A DNA stretch of 64,000 nt from Candidatus Latescibacterota bacterium (GTDB lineage Bacteria; Latescibacterota; UBA2968). Location: assembly GCA_965204375.1 (NCBI GenBank), contig OZ241986.1, forward strand, positions 2,080,001 through 2,144,000. The letters run 5' to 3'. A program made the position numbers and the translations under genes. Positions 46,603 through 54,395 of the stretch are shown piece by piece. Below the pieces are notes generated by a model. The model worked only from the letters and a program-made list of their open reading frames with translations, had not been told where the DNA came from and did not search any database. The number at the start of each line of letters is the position of its first letter. Position 1 is the first letter of the stretch.

Positions 46603-47628
46603 TTAAATTATTTTGTTAGCTCCACACGATTCCCTTACCACCAGATTAGATCTCATGGTTATTTGCCGCGGCGTATTTTGCTCCTCAAATTGTTCCAACA
46701 TCAGATCCATCGCAGTCTGAGCAATCGCCTCGTAAGGCGTTACCAGCGTGGTTAGCGGTGGCGTCATATAAGCCGCCACGTCAATATCCCCACTCCCCAC
46801 CACAGCCACATCATCGGGTACGCAAAGACCCGATTCCCACAGACCCCGACAAACGCCTATTGCCGTATAATCATCCCGACACACAAGGGCTGTAAACCGA
46901 TCACCGAGTTCTTTGCTCTGACGATACCCAGATTCTGCAAAAATATCGCTAACAGGTATGTGTTCAGGTGTCAAGCTATGCTTTCGCATCGCCTGCAAAT
47001 ATCCTTTACCCCTACCTGAAACCGGGCTGGCCCCATTCCAGTCCTCGCCAATAAACCCAACCCGCTCATGCCCCAATTTGATCAAATGCTCTGTGGCCTC
47101 GTAAAAATCCGATACAAGGTCCAATATGACCCCACTCAAATTTTGAGTTGGATAAAAAAATGTCACTACTGGCACGCGTCCCTTAACGACATCCAAAATA
47201 CGCTCTGATTCTCCTTCGTCCCCTCGCGTATGAATTAAAAGTCCATCTACGCCCCAGGAAACCAACTGCTTGACCTGTATAATCTGGTCATCTCGTGGAT
47301 TTTTAGGAATCCGGTTAGAGGCCACTCCCATCATGATCTGATAATCATACTCATCAGCCACCTTCATTATCTGATCGGTCTGATATCCAAATGTCTCTTG
47401 GAAAATCTGGTAGGTCAGCAACCCCAGTGTACCTGTTTTTCCCGTCACAATCCCCCGCGCCATCAAATTGGGATTGTAGTCCATCTCGGCGGCTGTTTGT
47501 CGCACCAGTTCTCGGGTTTCCTCCTTCACCAATATCGAAGCGTTTGGAGATAGGGCACGTGAGACTGTTGAATACGAAATACCCAACTGCCTTGCTATAT
47601 CTTTGATGGTAACAGACCTTTTGTTCAT
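46603..47628 (-). CDS. LacI family transcriptional regulator (intact)
   Basis: VTIKDIARQLGISYSTVSRAL HTH, DYNPNLMAR hinge, VPDDVAVVG..D, PPLTT, LVVRESC. Start at ATG 47628. Confidence 0.95.
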   Translation of the reverse strand: MNKRSVTIKDIARQLGISYSTVSRALSPNASILVKEETRELVRQTAAEMDYNPNLMARGIVTGKTGTLGLLTYQIFQETFGYQTDQIMKVADEYDYQIMMGVASNRIPKNPRDDQIIQVKQLVSWGVDGLLIHTRGDEGESERILDVVKGRVPVVTFFYPTQNLSGVILDLVSDFYEATEHLIKLGHERVGFIGEDWNGASPVSGRGKGYLQAMRKHSLTPEHIPVSDIFAESGYRQSKELGDRFTALVCRDDYTAIGVCRGLWESGLCVPDDVAVVGSGDIDVAAYMTPPLTTLVTPYEAIAQTAMDLMLEQFEEQNTPRQITMRSNLVVRESCGANKII

Positions 47629-47719
47629 TAGATAACCCCTTTGCCAGGTAAACGACATAAACACTACAGAATTTAACAATTTTCGCAGAGATATGCTAAC
47701 AAATCAGGTTTATTTTTTT

Positions 47720-47733
47720 GCTAATCGCTTTGC
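47720..47733. promoter_or_regulatory. Possible LacI-type operator (autoregulation)
   Basis: GCTAATCGCTTTGC: CG-centred imperfect palindrome (10 of 14 positions symmetric) about 90 bp upstream of the LacI start. Confidence 0.35.
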
Positions 47734-47786
47734 CTGTTCTACCAGACCGTGGAATGGTGCCAGTTGTTTGTCTTCTCTGGACATCG

Positions 47787-49940
47787 CTAATCCTCCTGAA
47801 AACTGCGAAGCGAGAACGCGCACGCCCGGCTCCAATCGCTCCACACCCCATGTGCATTTCGCACGCGCACCCGCCAATAATATTGCTCGCCAAAATTCAA
47901 TAGCCCTGCAAATTGCGGTTGCCAGCACGTCTTCCCCGCGTACGCCGTGCGGCTCACATACCGGTCAAAAGTGGGACACACGCACCACCGGAAATCCGGG
48001 TACCTGCTCACCTGTACGTGATAATCATCCACCTGTGACCCATTTCCCCCGGGTCGTTTCCAGCGAAACTCAAAATCCGCCCGATCTAATTCTGCGCCAT
48101 CATCCGGAAACACCGGTTCGGGTATATCCGGCGGTTTAATACAGTGCTCCTCCTGCCATCCGTAGATTATCCGAACATTCCGTTTTTCCTCTGTCTCGTC
48201 TCGATATTGAATGTGATTTTCACCACAGAACAGCGATGGCAAAGATCGCGTTGCACACTGCAAATCCGTATCAAACCAGATTTTATCCATCCCCACATCC
48301 CCGGCATTTGCGCCAGCCCACATCGCCACCTGAACATAATATTCATAACGCGGTCCAACCCGCCATCCTGGATCCCAATCTCCCCGCCAGTCGAACAAAG
48401 CCGGATTCAAATACCAGTCCAGATCCACACACGCACTTGCCCGATGTCCCGCTGCCACCCAGACCGACCGCCAGTCCTTTCCATCCAGAGACAGCAACAC
48501 CTCAAGCCCGTCTTTCCTGCTCGCCCGTCTGTAGGACAAACCCACCCGCGCTCCGGCAATTGGATATGGTGAACACACCTTCCAGATCATTCTGGAAACG
48601 CGCTGAGCCTGAATCGGATGAACAGCCGGCAATCGCCTCGACGCTTCCTGTACCACATTCACCTGCTGTTCTAATCCCCCCAGCGCCAGCGGATTTCGCA
48701 GATCGGGTCGATAGACCAACTTGCCATTGGAATACCGCACCTCCGGGTGCAACCGACGCCCTCGCACCACCGTCTTGCCCACCTGATCCCAATAGCGCAC
48801 CAGCTTCTCACCCGGCCGCAAGCGCATCGCCATCGTATGGGGCGGCGGCAACTGCGTCGTATCCTGTTGCACACGACCATCTCCCCGAGTCCAGGCACCA
48901 CTCGGATTGGTCGGATACACAAATTCCCGATTCTTGAACTGCGCGCTGTAATAATCCTTCTCCGCCAGATCCTTTCCCGCCAGCCCTAAGTTCCGGTGCG
49001 ATCTGCTCATCAATTCTGGATCCCGCTCCAGATCGGCGACACTGGCCACCGTGCGGTTATCCCGTTTTAAGAAAAACACCATCTGATCCGTATCGAGCAA
49101 ATGCCACGCCCTATTCGCCCACGCTTCGAAAATCGTATGGCTGCACTGCCTCCCCCTACCATGCCCATCCAGAATACCGCCAACCCACACCTCCCGCGAC
49201 TTCACCCCCATCACCTCACCCAACCTACTCGTGGCAATCGCATACCCTATACACCCCTCAAACCCATACGCATTGAACAACTTCACCGGATCGCTCACAT
49301 CGTCATACCACGACATCCCGCATCGGCTGTCGTAAACCTCATCCACGACAAACTGCCACAACGCCATCATCCGCTCTTCTTCGTCCAGATCCCGCCCGCC
49401 TATCGCCTCTTTTGCCATCGCCTCTACCGACCACCAATCCCGCTGTCCATTTGCCACCAGCCACGGATTCACCAGATCTGTTTCACCCGTATTCTCGATC
49501 ACCACATACAAATTTGGCTCAAACACCCGATCATAAGGCGGCATACTCGAATTTGGCCCCGGGCAATACACCTCTGGCCCAAGAGTTACAGCATTCGACT
49601 CATCTACATACCCACCCATCCGAACCTCAAACACCTCTGCCTCCTGCGTCAGCTCGACCTCTTTCTCACAGGGCGCACAGGGCACCTGTACTTCGACGGG
49701 CTCCATATCCTTCAACTCGTCCTGCTCGAGATACCGATCAGAACCAACGGCAAGATAATAATAAGTCTTTCCCGGTACCAAATCCGCCGCATCCACAAAC
49801 CGATCCTCTCGGGCAATGCCGACTTCTTCAAATGCACCATCCGCCCGATCCGCGCGATAGATTCGCATCCCCCGAGCGTCCTCGCATTTCACCTGCATGG
49901 TAACGCAATTGACAGCAGTATCTAAAATCTTGAGCGACAT
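47787..49940 (-). CDS. Hypothetical protein with transglutaminase-like core and FN3/Ig-like termini; no signal peptide
   Basis: Candidate Cys-His-Asp triad GFEGCIGYA / SHTIFEAW / WHLLDTD; C-terminal YHVQVS...YYWRVR...GVWSDWS. Confidence 0.6.
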   Translation of the reverse strand: MSLKILDTAVNCVTMQVKCEDARGMRIYRADRADGAFEEVGIAREDRFVDAADLVPGKTYYYLAVGSDRYLEQDELKDMEPVEVQVPCAPCEKEVELTQEAEVFEVRMGGYVDESNAVTLGPEVYCPGPNSSMPPYDRVFEPNLYVVIENTGETDLVNPWLVANGQRDWWSVEAMAKEAIGGRDLDEEERMMALWQFVVDEVYDSRCGMSWYDDVSDPVKLFNAYGFEGCIGYAIATSRLGEVMGVKSREVWVGGILDGHGRGRQCSHTIFEAWANRAWHLLDTDQMVFFLKRDNRTVASVADLERDPELMSRSHRNLGLAGKDLAEKDYYSAQFKNREFVYPTNPSGAWTRGDGRVQQDTTQLPPPHTMAMRLRPGEKLVRYWDQVGKTVVRGRRLHPEVRYSNGKLVYRPDLRNPLALGGLEQQVNVVQEASRRLPAVHPIQAQRVSRMIWKVCSPYPIAGARVGLSYRRASRKDGLEVLLSLDGKDWRSVWVAAGHRASACVDLDWYLNPALFDWRGDWDPGWRVGPRYEYYVQVAMWAGANAGDVGMDKIWFDTDLQCATRSLPSLFCGENHIQYRDETEEKRNVRIIYGWQEEHCIKPPDIPEPVFPDDGAELDRADFEFRWKRPGGNGSQVDDYHVQVSRYPDFRWCVCPTFDRYVSRTAYAGKTCWQPQFAGLLNFGEQYYWRVRVRNAHGVWSDWSRACAFSLRSFQED

Positions 49941-50045
49941 ATCCGATCCTCCTGATCAAAGCGGAAAATCGCTTGATAGATCATCCACACGCATGTTATA
50001 TTCCCTCAGATCTACCCTCTAACCCCCATTCCCAGGAGACACGCC

Positions 50046-51107
50046 ATGAAACTCGTCGAAACCGATCCCAACTCCGGCACTGAAATCTACCAACTCATTG
50101 ACGATCCCCGCCCCGCCGACAACATCTATGGCGAACAACCCTATTCCTCGGCTGATGGAAGCCGCGTCACAATCCGATATTACCCCCAAAACAACCAAGA
50201 TGGCGGCCTCTCCTTCCTCGACCTCACAGACGGCAGTCTCCACACTGTACTCGCCGAAGCACCCCGTTTCCCCGCCTTTCACGCCTGGGGCGAACACCTC
50301 TACTACCAGCAACAAGACGGGGACGCGCTTGTACTCAAACGCTGCAACTATCAGACCCTCGAAAAAGAAGACATCACAGCTTTGCCAACCGAAGAGGGCC
50401 GATTCAGCTACGGCACCACTTCCCAGGACGGGCGTTACTACGCTGCCAGTGTCCATCCCGAAGGCGGATCGAGCAAAGTCTGGTGTACAGACCTCTCAAC
50501 CGGGAAAAGCGGCACCCTTGCCCAGCGGGAGGACTACCACTTCAAACACGAGCAATTCTCCCTCGACGGCAACAACCGCATCCTCATTCAGGCCAACAAA
50601 ATGCCCGACGTCAAATTCGTCCACCTCGGTGCCCTTGAACCCGACCGCGAAGGCATCACCTGGTTTCCCGTCGATCGCCCCCACACGCCGCGGCCCACCG
50701 GTCACGAAACGTGGATTGGCACAACCGACCACATCTTCATCTCCACTGGGCAAGACGAAGACAGCGAAGGCAATGTCTGGACTGCGGGCTTACGCGACAA
50801 TGCCCCAAATCTGGTCAGCAAAACCCCCCACCGCTTCGGTCACGTCAGCGTCTCCCGCTGTGGCCGATACTGGGTTGGGGACGCCACCCAGGAAGAAAAC
50901 ATCCCCATCCACATCGGTTCTCTCGAATCGGGTCGTCACAAATGCCTCGTCCTCAGCCGCACTGAACACGATAGCAACCAGTGGTCGCACACCCATCCTT
51001 ACATGACCTCTGACAATGCGTGGCTCATCTACACCTCCACCCGCAGCGGCCACCCCCAGGTCTATGGTGCAAAAATTCTACAGGAGTTCTTAGATAGTCT
51101 TTTATAA
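50046..51107 (+). CDS. Oligogalacturonate lyase (Ogl/PL22)-like beta-propeller
   Basis: TDPNSGTEIYQL, HEQFS, GHETW, FGH, HTHPYMTSDNAWLIYTS.R.G.PQVY; no signal peptide. Confidence 0.65.
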   Translation: MKLVETDPNSGTEIYQLIDDPRPADNIYGEQPYSSADGSRVTIRYYPQNNQDGGLSFLDLTDGSLHTVLAEAPRFPAFHAWGEHLYYQQQDGDALVLKRCNYQTLEKEDITALPTEEGRFSYGTTSQDGRYYAASVHPEGGSSKVWCTDLSTGKSGTLAQREDYHFKHEQFSLDGNNRILIQANKMPDVKFVHLGALEPDREGITWFPVDRPHTPRPTGHETWIGTTDHIFISTGQDEDSEGNVWTAGLRDNAPNLVSKTPHRFGHVSVSRCGRYWVGDATQEENIPIHIGSLESGRHKCLVLSRTEHDSNQWSHTHPYMTSDNAWLIYTSTRSGHPQVYGAKILQEFLDSLL

Positions 51108-51120
51108 GCCTTCAAAACCC

Positions 51121-53088
51121 TCACCATCCATGTACCCCATGCCCCGCATCTGGAAACCAGATTATATCCACCACCTTGGAGACCCCAATCCCGAACAAAT
51201 ACCCCACAATCGCCCCGTACCAAAACGGCAGTGACCGCCGGTAAAGACTCACGCCCCCAAACTGGATGACAAAGGTCTTCATCAACCACACAATCAGCAA
51301 ACAAAACCCGTATCGCCCCACAGGCAAAGCAATCGCCGCCGGATGAAACGGCCACCAGGAGACCCGCGCCTTCAAATAAGTCAGCACCCCTGCCTCTGCA
51401 AATCCAAAAAGCCACACTCCCAACTTCTGCGGATCGAACACCGTCAGCTTGCTCCCCTCAATCAACGACACCCTGCCCATCAGCACACCCCAGTCCCACA
51501 GCGCCATGTGCCCGTTCAGACCGCCCTCGGTATAACACCGGTAAAGCTGCGCGCCCACAGAAGCCACAAAACCCGTCACAAACGCCACCGGGATACAGCC
51601 CCAGATCAGCGGATGCCGCCGCAGGTGATCGCCCAACATCCGAAAAAAATGCGTCACCGACGGGATACACGTAATCCGGATCGGCACGCCGCAAAGCGCA
51701 TTGCTATTCACCAGCCAGATAGACGTCTGTGTCGCAGGTGGCAGATTCGACGTTCCACCCAGCGATAGGAGCACATCGGCTCCCTTCCCCCCCGCAGGAG
51801 ACAAAAAAATAAATCCCGTAGTCGCCGCGTATTTGGTAATCCCAAAAAAACAGATAAACAGCAACAATAACTGCACCAGCATCACGGGAAACCGCATCCC
51901 GGCAGACACCATCCACCCGCCCAAAAACACCGCCGAAGACAACAGCCCCAGCCACGCCGTACGATAAGAAACCGGAGTCCCGTCATCGTCCTCTCGCCTC
52001 CTTTCAAACGCCTTTTGCAGCGTCTCCCGCAAATGCCCTCTGGCGACCCACACCGACCATCCCACCAGAAAAACCAGCGCCCCGTGCGATTCCAGCATCG
52101 CGATCTCCCCGCCCATCGCTGGCTGCCCGGGCAAACCCACCGTAAACCCCGTGCGGTTCAGCAACCCCTTTTTCAAAATATTCACAAAATCGTAAAACCA
52201 GAAACTGAACAAAATATCCAGCGGGCATAAATACGCCAGCCCCATAATCATCGGCTGCACCCGCAAAAAATAATCCGGAAAATGATGTCCCAGGGGCACG
52301 GCTTTGTACGTCGTCGAATAAAACAGGGTAATAGGCGGCAAGCTGAGCGCGAAATACCCGATAATATTCCAGCCAATAATCCCCGCCACAAAACTGAACC
52401 CAATCCAGAACACCTTGTTCTTAAACACATCCGGCACCCGACTGCCCGCAGACTGCCTCAGCATATCCATCGGAAACGTCGCCATCGGGAAAACCAGCCG
52501 CTCCTTCTCGTGCCACTGTTTGTAAAAAATTACACTCGAAAAAAAACCCGCCCCAACCAGCGACAAACACGCCATCAACCACCAGAACAGCGGCCGTACC
52601 CAGGCTAACCACGGGATAGCCCCATCCACCTCCACCCCGGTAAACAACTGCCCGATCACCGCCTCCGATTCTTCTGGAAACAGCCAGCGCGGGAAATAGG
52701 GCATCACCACCTCTCGCATCCGGTTCTCAGGCGAGGCATAGTGAGCCGGAGCTGCTATATCGGTCACCATATACATCGCCCACCCAATACCCGGCAAATT
52801 CCCCACCAGCCACACCATGAAAAACACCGTCAACATCTCCATTCGGGACAGTGCCCACCCCCGCGCAAACAGCTTCAACACCGTATTGATCCCCAGCCAA
52901 ACCACAAACGGCAGAGCCACGGCTACGGGCATGTAATTCTTCACCAGATTCCGTCCGAAATAGGACATGAAAAGCGCCATCCCCACAATCGTGAGCACAC
53001 CTATCACCAGCGCGCGTCCCGTCACCCGTTCGCGGAGTGCCCCGGCCCGTTCTTCCACCACCTGCTTTTTATCGGCGGCAATGCTCAT
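51121..53088 (-). CDS. DUF6785/DUF6784-like polytopic membrane protein (paralog 3)
   Basis: YASPENR, IPW.AW.RPLFWW, KQWHEKERLVFP, LFSFWFY, SYRTA..G, WWPFHP, IWFPDAGH. Confidence 0.8.
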   Translation of the reverse strand: MSIAADKKQVVEERAGALRERVTGRALVIGVLTIVGMALFMSYFGRNLVKNYMPVAVALPFVVWLGINTVLKLFARGWALSRMEMLTVFFMVWLVGNLPGIGWAMYMVTDIAAPAHYASPENRMREVVMPYFPRWLFPEESEAVIGQLFTGVEVDGAIPWLAWVRPLFWWLMACLSLVGAGFFSSVIFYKQWHEKERLVFPMATFPMDMLRQSAGSRVPDVFKNKVFWIGFSFVAGIIGWNIIGYFALSLPPITLFYSTTYKAVPLGHHFPDYFLRVQPMIMGLAYLCPLDILFSFWFYDFVNILKKGLLNRTGFTVGLPGQPAMGGEIAMLESHGALVFLVGWSVWVARGHLRETLQKAFERRREDDDGTPVSYRTAWLGLLSSAVFLGGWMVSAGMRFPVMLVQLLLLFICFFGITKYAATTGFIFLSPAGGKGADVLLSLGGTSNLPPATQTSIWLVNSNALCGVPIRITCIPSVTHFFRMLGDHLRRHPLIWGCIPVAFVTGFVASVGAQLYRCYTEGGLNGHMALWDWGVLMGRVSLIEGSKLTVFDPQKLGVWLFGFAEAGVLTYLKARVSWWPFHPAAIALPVGRYGFCLLIVWLMKTFVIQFGGVSLYRRSLPFWYGAIVGYLFGIGVSKVVDIIWFPDAGHGVHGW

Positions 53089-53104
53089 ATCCCAATGCTT
53101 TCAC

Positions 53105-54373
53105 TCATCGCAATTGCTCCAGCAATCCCAAAGCCGCATCGACAATCTGCTCGCCACACCCCGGTGCAAAGACGCTCGCCTCCGGCTCATATCCCCCTTC
53201 TTCATAAGACTGCCTCGTCGGCAAATAACCCACCGAATCATTGGCCAGTTCGATCACTATCGTCTGCGAAAACGGTGACCGGGCTTTCAAATCCAATCCC
53301 AACTCCACCAACAACTCCCCCGGCACAGCCGCAATCCCCAGGTCCCCAATGCGAAGTGCCTGCACCCATGTCCGCACCCGATCCGGCACATCGGTCATGC
53401 GCCTGGTTATTCGTCGCACAAAAGCGCGCTCGGCCATCGTGGGACGCGCCATATTTTCAATCTCCCTCACCCGCGCCATATCGACCTCCGAAGGTGCTGG
53501 CTTGCGTGCCAGAACCACCTCTTGCATCGCCGCTCCAAGAGACACATCGGATGCAAAATCCATCTCATTCCACACCCACAAAACACCCGCTGCAATCAGC
53601 CCCGCCACGCGTTCTGCATGCAGAGAACGGTCTTTCACAGGACGCCTATCCCCCAGCACATCTATATTATTGATATCTCCACACGCGCCATTTGAAAGCG
53701 CCGCGACAAAAGAGGCATTCCGCATCCGCTGAATCAGCGTTGAAAAAATTCCAAAATAATCCGCGGAGATCGAATAAGTGGATTCGGGCATACCGATATA
53801 ATGCAGCGCGTAATTGGCCAGCAAACCAATCGCCCCCCCATCAACCCCCTGCAAACACACCACGCCAATCTCCGGATCAATCGGTCCCATTGGCGCCACC
53901 ACATCGGGATTGCCCACCCCCGGATTCGTGCGCACCGATCCATCGCCCATGCGATAGCGGCGGTTAAAAACCACGCGGTCCTCCAACGTCTGCCCAAATC
54001 CCACCTGTGCAGGCTTTCGCTCCTGCCACGCCAGCCTGACCGCATCGGCGATCCGATCAATTAAAAACGCCGTATAAGCATCATCGCCCGTGACCGCCCC
54101 CGTGTGGGTATGCGTGCAACAAATCAAAACCCGTTCCGCACTCAGTTCCGTCTCCACAGCGATCCGTTCCTTCGCGCGGTCCAGATAATCTCGCTTCACC
54201 CCGATCAAATCGCACACCACAATCGCCACGCCTTCCCCTTCTCGTTCCACCACAAAACTGCGCACATGCAATGGATCGCGCACCTTCTCTGCAAACCGAT
54301 CCTGAAACGATCCCGGAATCATCGTACCCAGCGGTGGTGTAATATCCAGACATGCAGCTCCTGCGGTGATCAT
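53105..54373 (-). CDS. Neutral/alkaline ceramidase-like amidohydrolase
   Basis: DITPP, DPLHVR, CTHTHTG, NYALH, ISADY.G, GACGDIN, PGEL, ELANDSVGYLP...GGYE; AAGGAG RBS before ATG 54373. Confidence 0.8.
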   Translation of the reverse strand: MITAGAACLDITPPLGTMIPGSFQDRFAEKVRDPLHVRSFVVEREGEGVAIVVCDLIGVKRDYLDRAKERIAVETELSAERVLICCTHTHTGAVTGDDAYTAFLIDRIADAVRLAWQERKPAQVGFGQTLEDRVVFNRRYRMGDGSVRTNPGVGNPDVVAPMGPIDPEIGVVCLQGVDGGAIGLLANYALHYIGMPESTYSISADYFGIFSTLIQRMRNASFVAALSNGACGDINNIDVLGDRRPVKDRSLHAERVAGLIAAGVLWVWNEMDFASDVSLGAAMQEVVLARKPAPSEVDMARVREIENMARPTMAERAFVRRITRRMTDVPDRVRTWVQALRIGDLGIAAVPGELLVELGLDLKARSPFSQTIVIELANDSVGYLPTRQSYEEGGYEPEASVFAPGCGEQIVDAALGLLEQLR

Positions 54374-54395
54374 AGAACACTCCTTTGAAAAAATT

